In this document: positions 23,524-32,000 of the stretch, in pieces
Position numbering within the stretch: the stretch's first letter is position 1
Layout of the letters: each line of letters starts with the position of its first letter
DNA from: Candidatus Saccharimonadota bacterium
GTDB lineage: Bacteria > Pseudomonadota > Gammaproteobacteria > Enterobacterales > Enterobacteriaceae
DNA length: 32,000 bases
Assembly (NCBI RefSeq): GCF_012571795.1
Contig: NZ_CP046222.1
Span: 819-32,818, forward strand
Reading direction: 5' to 3'
Translations under genes and position numbers: made by a program
Notes under the pieces: generated by a model
Told to the model about the DNA's origin: nothing
Database searches by the model: none
The model's input: only the letters and a program-made list of their open reading frames with translations

Positions 23524-24528
23524 GTGAATATAGAAGAAAAAAAAAAAATATGTTTGGATGATGCTATTAATCAAATAGAAAATCAATTTGGCAAAGGTTC
23601 TATTATGAGATTAGGTGATAATAGAACTATGGATATAGAATCTATTTCAACTGGCTCATTAACTTTAGATATAGCGTTAGGTATAGGTGGTTTACCAATT
23701 GGTAGAATAGTAGAAATATATGGTCCTGAAGCTTCAGGAAAAACTACATTAACATTACAAATTATAGCAGAAGCACAAAAAACAGGAAAATTATGTGCTT
23801 TTATTGATGCAGAACATGCTTTAGATCCTATTTATGCAAGCAAACTTAATGTTGATATTAATAAATTATTATGTTCGCAACCTGATACTGGAGAACAAGC
23901 ATTAGAATTATGTGATGCATTAGCTAAATCTAAAATAATAGATTTAATAGTTATAGATTCTGTTGCAGCATTAACACCTAAAGCAGAGATAGATGGTGAA
24001 ATCGGTGATTCTCATATAGGATTAGCAGCACGTATGATGAGTCAAGCTATGCGTAAATTAGCTAGTAATATGAAACAATCTAATACATTATTAATTTTTA
24101 TTAATCAAATTCGTATGAAAATTGGAATAGTATTCGGTAATCCTGAAGTTACAACGGGTGGTAATGCATTAAAATTTTATTCTTCTGTTAGATTAGATAT
24201 ACGTAAAATTGGCAATGTAAAACAAGGTGATAATATTATTGGCAGTGAAACAAGAGTTAAAGTAGTTAAAAATAAAGTTGCTGTACCTTTTAAACAAGCT
24301 GAATTTCAGATTATATATGGATTAGGTATTAATCTTTATGGTGAATTATTAGATTTAGGAGTTAAACAAAACTTTATTGAAAAATGTGGATCATGGTATA
24401 GTTATCAAAATGAAAAAATTGGACAAGGAAAATATAATGCTATTAATTTTTTAAAAAATAATAAAAAAATATCTAATGAACTTGAAAAAAAAATAAGAAG
24501 TTTATTTTTACCAAAAACTATTATGTAG
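23524..24528 (+). CDS. recA: Recombinase RecA
   Basis: 334 aa with a GTG start that aligns residue for residue with the E. coli N-terminus. [24 protein letters not shown] (Walker A), [73 protein letters not shown]. The acidic C-terminal tail is shortened. Confidence 0.96.
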   Translation: MNIEEKKKICLDDAINQIENQFGKGSIMRLGDNRTMDIESISTGSLTLDIALGIGGLPIGRIVEIYGPEASGKTTLTLQIIAEAQKTGKLCAFIDAEHALDPIYASKLNVDINKLLCSQPDTGEQALELCDALAKSKIIDLIVIDSVAALTPKAEIDGEIGDSHIGLAARMMSQAMRKLASNMKQSNTLLIFINQIRMKIGIVFGNPEVTTGGNALKFYSSVRLDIRKIGNVKQGDNIIGSETRVKVVKNKVAVPFKQAEFQIIYGLGINLYGELLDLGVKQNFIEKCGSWYSYQNEKIGQGKYNAINFLKNNKKISNELEKKIRSLFLPKTIM

Positions 24529-24595
24529 ATATAATATTTAAATATTATATATTATATATTATATATAATCTTATTAAATATCAGGATTATATTAT

Positions 24596-27238
24596 ATGTT
24601 TTTAACAACAGAAAAAATTCGGCAAATATTTTTAAAATTTTTTAAAAATAAAAATCATCAAATTTTAACAGGTAGTTCTTTAATACCTCATAATGATAAT
24701 TCTTTATTATTCACTAATGCTGGAATGAATCAATTTAAACAATATTTTTTAGGACATACTGTTCCAAAAATAAAAAATATTGCTACAATACAAAAATGTA
24801 TACGTGTAGGTGGTAAACATAATGATTTAAATAATGTAGGTTTTACCAATAGACATCATACATTTTTTGAAATGTTAGGTAATTTTAGTTTTGGCGATTA
24901 TTTTAAAAAGGAAGCTATTACTTTTGCTTGGGAATTATTAACAGATATAAAATGGTTTAATTTAGACAAAAATAAAATTTTTATAACAGTATATTATACT
25001 GATAAAGAAACTTATAATTTTTGGTTAAATAATATAGGTATTAATCCAAAACATATTATTATTATATATGATAATAATAATCAATTATATAATTCAGATA
25101 ATTTTTGGCAAATAGGAGATACCGGACTATGTGGTCCATCTACAGAAATTTTTTATGATTTAGGTGAACAATTAACTGGTAATATATATCAGAATAATTT
25201 AGGAGAACGTTTTATAGAAATCTGGAATATTGTATTTATACAATTTACTAAAAATATTAATGGTGAAATTATTTCTTTGCCAATTAAATCTGTTGATACT
25301 GGCATGGGATTAGAAAGAATTAGTAGTATTTTGCAAAAAGTTAATTCTAATTATAAAATTGATATTTTTCAAAAATTTATTCAATATATTGCTGGTGTTT
25401 TAAACCTTAATTTTTATGAACATAATTCTTTAAATGTTATTGCCGATCATATGAGATCTATTATTTATTTAATATCATCAGGAATTATACCAGATAATGA
25501 AAAAAGAGGATATATTTTAAGAAAACTTATAAGAAGAGCTATTAATCATGGGAAATTATTAGGTTATCAAAATAATTTTTTATATAAATTAGTACATTTT
25601 TATATTAATGAAATTACTTTTAAAGAAGATAAAAAATATTTAAAAGAACAATATAATTTTATTAAAAACATTATTCATAATGAAGAAAATAATTTTAATT
25701 TAATTTTAAATAAAGGAACTATATTATTAAATAATGAATTAAAAAAATTAAAAAATAATATTTTAGATGGTCATACTATTTTTTATTTATATGATACTTT
25801 TGGTATATCTTTAGATATAATAAAAAATATATGTCAAAAAAAAAATGTACAAATTGATTATCAACAATTTAAGATATATTTAAATAAACAACAACAACGA
25901 TCTAGAGAAAATAGTAATTTTAAAAATAAAATTAATATTTATTATAAAAAACAAATTTCTAAATTTATTGGATATTCAACATTATCTACTAAGAGTATAA
26001 TATTAAATATTTATATAAATGGGATAATAGTTTCTTCTGTTAATAAAGGCAATACTGCAGAAATAATACTAGATTATACTCCATTTTATGGAGAATCAGG
26101 AGGACAAAAAGGAGATATAGGATATTTATATAAAAATAAAAAAAATATTTTTCAAGTAATCAATACTACTATAAATGGGAATATAATTATTCATACTGGC
26201 ATAGTTATCCAAGGAATTTTTTATAAAGATGATAATATTATAGCTGAAATAGATATAATTTATAGAAATAAAATTAGTAAAAACCATACAGCAACACATT
26301 TATTAAATTATAGTTTACGTAAAATATTAGGTAATGTTATACAACAAAAAGGTTCTTTAATTACAGAAAAATCCTTAAGATTTGATTTTTCTTATTTAAA
26401 AAAAATTACACAAGAACAGATTCAAAATATAGAAAATATAGTAAATCATTATATATTTAATAATTATAGTATAAATATTTTTTTTGAAAAAAAAAATAAT
26501 ATTACTTTAAATGATAATATTATTTATTTAAAAAATGAACAATATGATAGTACTGTTCGTATAATAGATATTGGTAATTTTTCTAAAGAATTATGTTGTG
26601 GTACACATGTATCTACTACATGTGAATTAGGGTTATTTAAAATTATAAAAGTTCTAAATATAGCACATGGTATAAAACGTATACATGCCATTACTCATAA
26701 TTATGCTATTGAATACATACAAAAACAAAATAATATTATAAAAAATATTGTTAATATATTTAAAATAGATGAAAAAAATATTATTGAATATATTAATAAA
26801 TACAGAACTAAAAATAATATTTTACAACAAAAATTAAAAGAGTTAGAATTATATATGTCTAAAGAAATAATGAAAAAAATATTAAAAAATAATATTATAT
26901 TAAATAATATTAATATTTTTATTAGTGGCCTATATACTTTTAATCCTGAATTATTTAATTATATATTAAAAAATATAATATCAAAATTTAATAAAACTAT
27001 TATAGTATTATCAACACAATGGAATAAAAAAATATTTATTTTTATTAAAATTACAAAAAATATTATTAATATAAATGCTGTAAATATTCTTAAGAAACAT
27101 ATAAATCATCATATTATTAAAGTTATAGGAGATTCATTAGTAGCAAAAGCAATTATGAATATTAATGAAGATGAATATTATATATTTATATCTAAAATAA
27201 GAACTTCTATTTTAAATACAATAAATTCTTTATATTAA
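24596..27238 (+). CDS. alaS: Alanyl-tRNA synthetase
   Basis: 880 aa. FTNAGMNQFK, RVGGKHNDL.NVG....HHTFFEMLGNFSFGDYFK, WNIVF.QF, DTGMGLERI, editing-domain HTATHLL and CCGTHV. Confidence 0.95.
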   Translation: MFLTTEKIRQIFLKFFKNKNHQILTGSSLIPHNDNSLLFTNAGMNQFKQYFLGHTVPKIKNIATIQKCIRVGGKHNDLNNVGFTNRHHTFFEMLGNFSFGDYFKKEAITFAWELLTDIKWFNLDKNKIFITVYYTDKETYNFWLNNIGINPKHIIIIYDNNNQLYNSDNFWQIGDTGLCGPSTEIFYDLGEQLTGNIYQNNLGERFIEIWNIVFIQFTKNINGEIISLPIKSVDTGMGLERISSILQKVNSNYKIDIFQKFIQYIAGVLNLNFYEHNSLNVIADHMRSIIYLISSGIIPDNEKRGYILRKLIRRAINHGKLLGYQNNFLYKLVHFYINEITFKEDKKYLKEQYNFIKNIIHNEENNFNLILNKGTILLNNELKKLKNNILDGHTIFYLYDTFGISLDIIKNICQKKNVQIDYQQFKIYLNKQQQRSRENSNFKNKINIYYKKQISKFIGYSTLSTKSIILNIYINGIIVSSVNKGNTAEIILDYTPFYGESGGQKGDIGYLYKNKKNIFQVINTTINGNIIIHTGIVIQGIFYKDDNIIAEIDIIYRNKISKNHTATHLLNYSLRKILGNVIQQKGSLITEKSLRFDFSYLKKITQEQIQNIENIVNHYIFNNYSINIFFEKKNNITLNDNIIYLKNEQYDSTVRIIDIGNFSKELCCGTHVSTTCELGLFKIIKVLNIAHGIKRIHAITHNYAIEYIQKQNNIIKNIVNIFKIDEKNIIEYINKYRTKNNILQQKLKELELYMSKEIMKKILKNNIILNNINIFISGLYTFNPELFNYILKNIISKFNKTIIVLSTQWNKKIFIFIKITKNIININAVNILKKHINHHIIKVIGDSLVAKAIMNINEDEYYIFISKIRTSILNTINSLY

Positions 27239-27355
27239 AAAAATAATATTTCATTATTTTGTATATTAAAATATCATATTATGATGTATATTTGATTATA
27301 AAAAAATTAGATTCATGATTAATAATATTATTATATTTTTGCAAGGAGAAAAGGA

Positions 27356-27541
27356 ATGCTTATTCTTACTCGAAGAGTGGGAGAAACACTTATGATTGGT
27401 GATAAAGTAATAGTTACTGTATTAGGTATAAAAGGAAATCAAGTACGTATTGGTGTTAATGCTCCTAGAGAAATAGCTGTACATCGTGAAGAAATATATC
27501 AACGCATTCAAGCAGAAAAAAATCAGCAAACGATTTGCTAA
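27356..27541 (+). CDS. csrA: Carbon storage regulator CsrA (RNA-binding translational regulator)
   Basis: 61 aa. [16 protein letters not shown]...[32 protein letters not shown] is near-identical to E. coli CsrA. An AAGGAG SD is present. Confidence 0.96.
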   Translation: MLILTRRVGETLMIGDKVIVTVLGIKGNQVRIGVNAPREIAVHREEIYQRIQAEKNQQTIC

Positions 27542-27626
27542 TTACATATATATTAGTATATAATTGTTCAAACTAGTTAAATTTATAATTTTATATTATA
27601 TAAAAAAATTATTAATGAAATTACTA

Positions 27627-27714
27627 GGTGAGATGGCCGAGTGGCTGAAGGCGCACCCCTGCTAAGGGTGTATATGATAATATCATATCGAGGGTTCGAA
27701 TCTCTCTCTCACCG
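27627..27714 (+). tRNA. serV: tRNA-Ser (anticodon GCU)
   Basis: GGTGAGATGGCCGAGTGGCTGAAGGCGCACCCCTGCTAAGGGTG..long variable arm..GAGGGTTCGAATCTCTCTCTCACCG, with anticodon loop CUGCUAA. It lies downstream of csrA, as in E. coli. Confidence 0.93.
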
Positions 27715-27734
27715 TAAATCTAGAATATTATTAT

Positions 27735-27807
27735 GCACCTGTAACTCAGTGGATAGAGTACTCGGCTACGAACCGAACGGTCGGAGGTTCGAATCCTCCC
27801 AGGTGTA
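27735..27807 (+). tRNA. argV: tRNA-Arg (anticodon ACG)
   Basis: GCACCTGTAACTCAGTGGATAGAGTACTCGGCTACGAACCGAACGGTCGGAGGTTCGAATCCTCCCAGGTGTA, with anticodon loop CUACGAA. There is a G1-U72 wobble and a C27-A43 mismatch relative to the E. coli argV sequence. Confidence 0.9.
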
Positions 27808-27919
27808 ATTATTATATGCATTACTCACAATAAAAATATAGTCATTAATATTTTTTAAATTATTTTACGTAAAAGATAATAATAATATATTATTGATTAA
27901 TTTTTTTTAACTACACCTT

Positions 27920-28744
27920 TTAATCTGACTGATGTAAAATTTCATTTATTTGAATTTTATTTAAAGTTTTTGCATTTACTTTTTTAACTATAACTGCACA
28001 ATATAAACTATATTTACCATCTTTTGTTGGTAAATTACCAGGTACTACTACAGAATATTTTGGTACTCTTCCATAAAAAAGTTGTCCAGTATTTCTATCA
28101 TATATTTTAGTACTTTGTCCTATATATACTCCCATAGAAATTACTGATCCTTTTTCTACTATAACACCTTCTACAATTTCTGAACGCGCACCTATAAAAC
28201 AATTATCTTCTATAATAGTAGGATTATTTTGTATTGGTTCTAATACTCCACCAATACCAACACCACCGGAAATATGTACATTTTTACCTATTTGTGCACA
28301 TGAACCAATTGTTGACCATGTATCAATCATTGTTCCTTTATCAATATAAGCACCTATATTAACAAAAGAAGGCATTAATACTGTATTATATGAAATAAAA
28401 GAACCATATCTTATAGTAGCAGGAGGAACAATACGACAACCTATTTCTTGAAATTGTTTTTCTGTAAAATTATTAAATTTTAAAGGAATTTTATCATAAA
28501 AATTACTATAATTTTCATGAAATAATATATTTTTACTTAATTTAAAATATAATAAAATTGCTTGTTTAATCCATTGGTTTGTAATCCATTTATCTTGTTT
28601 TTTTATAGCAACTCGTATTATACCATTATTTAACATATCTACTGTTTTATAAACTGCTGTTATTAGTTCTTTATTATTTATAATTTTGCTATTAACATTA
28701 TTATTAATTAAATAATGTTCTATTATACTTTGTATTTTTTCCAT
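27920..28744 (-). CDS. dapD: 2,3,4,5-tetrahydropyridine-2,6-dicarboxylate N-succinyltransferase
   Basis: 274 aa, the same length as E. coli Dap[101 protein letters not shown]. Confidence 0.95.
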   Translation of the reverse strand: MEKIQSIIEHYLINNNVNSKIINNKELITAVYKTVDMLNNGIIRVAIKKQDKWITNQWIKQAILLYFKLSKNILFHENYSNFYDKIPLKFNNFTEKQFQEIGCRIVPPATIRYGSFISYNTVLMPSFVNIGAYIDKGTMIDTWSTIGSCAQIGKNVHISGGVGIGGVLEPIQNNPTIIEDNCFIGARSEIVEGVIVEKGSVISMGVYIGQSTKIYDRNTGQLFYGRVPKYSVVVPGNLPTKDGKYSLYCAVIVKKVNAKTLNKIQINEILHQSD

Positions 28745-28817
28745 GTATTTTATTTTTTAAAATAATGATTTTAATTAATAATATATCATAAATATTTTTA
28801 TTTAAAAAAAATAAAAT

Positions 28818-30797
28818 TTATAATGATAAAATTTTTATTATATTTTTTTCATATAAAATACTAATTTGATTATTTTTTGCTTGTATAATTTTTTTACCAG
28901 GATTAGTTCCTACAATTAAATAATCAATATTACTAGATATATAATTAAAAATATTAGCATTTAATAATTTTAATTTATCTATTAATTTAGATCTTTGAAT
29001 TATGAAAAATGTACCAGTAATAACTACATTTTTTTGATAAAAGAAATTATTATATATATTATTATTCTTATTATAAATAATATTTATTTTTTTAGTTAAC
29101 ATTTTAATATAATCAATATTATTTTTATCTTTTATAAAAAATAAAATATTATTTGCTGTTTTTTTGCCTATACCAGAAATTTTAAGTAAATCTGCTACAT
29201 TAGATGATAAAAATATTTCTAATGTTTGAAAATGTTTAGCAATATTATTAGCTGTTGTAATACCTATATCTTTTATACCTAAAGCAAATAAAAATTTTGA
29301 AAAAGATATTTCTTTAAAATTATATAAAGATAATAATATTTTTTTAATATTTTGTTCACCTATATTAATTTTTAATAATTTTTTTTTATTTAATTGAAAT
29401 AAATCAATAGCACTAAAAATAAGATTATTATTTACTAATTTTTCAATTAATTTTGTACCAATATAATTAATATTCATAGCTTCTGTAGAAATAAAATGTT
29501 TTATATAATTTATAAATTGAGCTTTACATTTATAACCAGCAGAACAATATAAAATATTATTAATATTTTTATATAATTTTGAATTACAACTAGGACATAA
29601 TACTGGAATATTAATAGGACTAGTATTTGAATTAGTTCTATTTATTTTTATCACATGTATAATTTTTGGAATAACATCACCACAACGTTGTACTACTATA
29701 GTATCACCAATTCTTAAATCTAATCTAAATATTTCATTTATGTTATATAATGTAGCATAACTAATATTTACACCTAAAATTTTAATAGTTTCAAAAAAAG
29801 CAATTGGTGTAATTATACCAGTACGACCTACTTTGAAATATACTTTTTTTAAAATACTATTTTGCTCTTGTGATGGAAATTTATATGCTATAGCCCATTT
29901 AGGTGCTTTAGTACTATTACCAAGTTTTTGTTGTATATATAAATTATTAATTTTAATTACAATACCATCAATATGATATGGTAATTTATATCTATTTCTT
30001 TTAAAAAACCTATAAAATTTTATTATATCTTGAAAATTTTTATAAGTATGTATATATTGAGCAACTGGTATACCATAAGATTTTAATATATATAATAATT
30101 CTATATGACTTTTATTTAAAAAATTTTCTATATAACCAACACCATAACAAAAAAAATTTAATAATTTTAAATATTTATTTTTATTATGTAAACGTAATAA
30201 TCCTACAACAGCACTTCTAGTATTAGCAAATTGTTTATTAATCATCAAATATTGTTTATTTAAAAAATTAAAATTTTGTTTAGAAATAAAAATTTCTCCA
30301 CGTATTTCTATAATTTTAGGTATATTATTTCCTTGTAATCTTTTAGGAATATCTTTAATACATAAAATATTATTTGTAATATTATCACCAAAATATCCAT
30401 TTCCTCTAGTAATACCATGTATTAATATACCATTTTTATATAAAAGATTAATTGCCATACCATCAAATTTTAATTCACAACAAAAAAAATTTTTTTCTTT
30501 CATAATATTTAAAGGTAGTAAAGGTGCAAAAAAATTTTTGTAAAAATGTTTGACTTTAAAAGTATTATTTAGAGATAACATAGGTACTTTATGTTTAATT
30601 TTTTTGTTATTATTTAATAAAATATCACCAACATATTGAGTAGGGGATGTTTGTTTATTCAAATAATGTATATTTTTTTCTAAGTGTTCTAATTTAATAA
30701 CTAACTGATCATACTGATAATCAGTAATTTCAGGTTTATTTAAAACATAATATCTATAATTATGATATTGTATTTGTTGGCGTAATTTATTTATCAT
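28818..30797 (-). CDS. ligA: NAD-dependent DNA ligase
   Basis: The adenylation motif is CELKFDGMAINLLY (KxDG). GEIF, the Zn-finger Cys cluster (CPSCNS..C..GYKC), HhH repeats and a C-terminal BRCT region (VVITGTF...) follow. The track ORF begins at a TTG (30809). The first ATG is at 30797. The start is uncertain by 4 codons. Confidence 0.9.
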   Translation of the reverse strand: MINKLRQQIQYHNYRYYVLNKPEITDYQYDQLVIKLEHLEKNIHYLNKQTSPTQYVGDILLNNNKKIKHKVPMLSLNNTFKVKHFYKNFFAPLLPLNIMKEKNFFCCELKFDGMAINLLYKNGILIHGITRGNGYFGDNITNNILCIKDIPKRLQGNNIPKIIEIRGEIFISKQNFNFLNKQYLMINKQFANTRSAVVGLLRLHNKNKYLKLLNFFCYGVGYIENFLNKSHIELLYILKSYGIPVAQYIHTYKNFQDIIKFYRFFKRNRYKLPYHIDGIVIKINNLYIQQKLGNSTKAPKWAIAYKFPSQEQNSILKKVYFKVGRTGIITPIAFFETIKILGVNISYATLYNINEIFRLDLRIGDTIVVQRCGDVIPKIIHVIKINRTNSNTSPINIPVLCPSCNSKLYKNINNILYCSAGYKCKAQFINYIKHFISTEAMNINYIGTKLIEKLVNNNLIFSAIDLFQLNKKKLLKINIGEQNIKKILLSLYNFKEISFSKFLFALGIKDIGITTANNIAKHFQTLEIFLSSNVADLLKISGIGKKTANNILFFIKDKNNIDYIKMLTKKINIIYNKNNNIYNNFFYQKNVVITGTFFIIQRSKLIDKLKLLNANIFNYISSNIDYLIVGTNPGKKIIQAKNNQISILYEKNIIKILSL

Positions 30798-30833
30798 ATT
30801 TTTACACAATATTATAAAATTTTACAAAAAATA

Positions 30834-32000
30834 TTATATTTTTTTCCATGTTGTATGATTATTATTATCTTCTAAAATAATATTTTCTTTTTTTAAAAGA
30901 TCACGAATATTATCAGCTTTATCCCATAATTTTTTTTTTCTTGCATTATTTCTTTGTTGAATTAAATTTTCAATTTCATATTTTTTATATGTAGTAATTT
31001 TATTATGTTGTTCTAAATATTGTTTAGGATTATAAAAAAGTATTCCTAAAATATTACCTAATTTTTTTAATAAAAACATAAAATATTGATATAATAATAA
31101 TTTATTATGTATTTTAGCATGATAAATTTGATAAGATATTTTAAATAAAATACTATATGCTTTAGGAGTATTAAAATCATTATTCATAGCTTTATAAAAT
31201 TGATCTTCTAAATCATGTTTAATATTAATAACATTATTTTTTTTAAACTTATCTATAGAATATATAGATTTATATAATTTAGTTATAATAATACTAGATT
31301 GTTGTAATTTATATTCTTGATATATAATAGGACTACGATAATGTGTAATAGTAAAAAAATATCTAATAACTTCTTCATTATATTTTAATAATATATCTTT
31401 TAATTTAATATTATTATTTAAAGTTTTAGACATTTTTTTATTGTTAAAAATTATCATACCAGTATGTATCCAATAATTTACATGAAATTTTTTGTTAGCA
31501 CATATTGATTGTGCTATTTCATTTTCATGATGTGGAAAAATTAAATCATTTCCTCCACCATGTATATCAAATTTATGTCCTAAATATTTATGACTTATAG
31601 CAGAACATTCAATATGCCAACCAGGTCTGCCATATCCCCAAGGTGATAACCAACCTATTTTAGTATTATCACATAATTTCCATAAAACAAAATCTTGATA
31701 ATTTTTTTTAAAAAAATTATTTTGTAAATTTTTATGTAAAGTATGAATTTTTATATGAGATAATTGACCATAATGTTTATAACTTTTAACAGAAAATACT
31801 ATATCTCCATTTTTTGCAATATATGCATTATTATTTTTTAATAAAATATCAATAATATTAAAAATTTCTGTAATATGTTCTGTAACTTTAGGTTCAATAG
31901 TAGGACATATAATATTTAATTTTTTAAAATCTATATGCATAGCATTAATCATTTTTGATACAATATTATTAATATTTTTTACACAATTATTAGATAATTT
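30834..32000 (-). CDS. cysS: Cysteinyl-tRNA synthetase, N-terminus outside the window
   Basis: GRPGWHIECSA, FDIHGGG.DLIFPHHENEIAQS, KMSKTL (KMSKS) and DDFNTP are present. The reading frame stays open upstream of the track ORF to position 32000 (..KLSNNCVKNINNIVSKMINAMHIDF aligns to E. coli residues around 90-115), so the gene is cut by the window edge. Confidence 0.93.
   Translation of the reverse strand, partial: KLSNNCVKNINNIVSKMINAMHIDFKKLNIICPTIEPKVTEHITEIFNIIDILLKNNNAYIAKNGDIVFSVKSYKHYGQLSHIKIHTLHKNLQNNFFKKNYQDFVLWKLCDNTKIGWLSPWGYGRPGWHIECSAISHKYLGHKFDIHGGGNDLIFPHHENEIAQSICANKKFHVNYWIHTGMIIFNNKKMSKTLNNNIKLKDILLKYNEEVIRYFFTITHYRSPIIYQEYKLQQSSIIITKLYKSIYSIDKFKKNNVINIKHDLEDQFYKAMNNDFNTPKAYSILFKISYQIYHAKIHNKLLLYQYFMFLLKKLGNILGILFYNPKQYLEQHNKITTYKKYEIENLIQQRNNARKKKLWDKADNIRDLLKKENIILEDNNNHTTWKKI

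Noticed and set aside
27863-27874. 12-bp palindrome TTTTACGTAAAA between tRNA-Arg and dapD
   Set aside because: It is a single short AT-rich palindrome with no partner sites or positional logic, and is probably chance.

Overview
The window comes from an extremely AT-rich, reduced genome. The 16S/23S sequences and E. coli-like local synteny point to an Enterobacterales-derived obligate endosymbiont: rrn-murB, tRNA-Val/Lys next to gltX, rsmD/ftsY..rpoH, and recA-alaS-csrA-tRNA-Ser-tRNA-Arg. I cannot name the species from sequence alone. The window holds a contiguous 16S(partial)-23S-5S operon, 6 tRNA genes, RNase P RNA and 25 tightly packed housekeeping CDSs: murB, aroQ, mreB, mreC, tusE, rsmI, folD, metB, gltX, hspQ, alr, metG, ydjM, rnb, ssb, rpoH, ftsY, rsmD, tusA, recA, alaS, csrA, dapD, ligA and cysS (partial). 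I found no mobile elements, CRISPR arrays, defence or toxin loci, pseudogenes or unassigned multi-gene cassettes. No intergenic gap exceeds about 270 bp, so I do not see a novel protein-coding system here. The one real anomaly is structural. A 625-bp internal block of the 23S rRNA gene (3323-3947, roughly E. coli 1912-2535, covering most of the peptidyl-transferase centre) is present as an exact reverse complement. Its junctions are seamless and there are no flanking repeats. This is an assembly or sequence artefact, a very recent lethal-looking inversion, or, least likely but most interesting, a split LSU rRNA gene. The remaining observations are typical genome-reduction signatures: lost neighbours (mreD, ftsEX, recX, metL), truncated MetG and FtsY, tRNA genes without encoded CCA, long in-frame poly(A) tracts, and no visible terminators.
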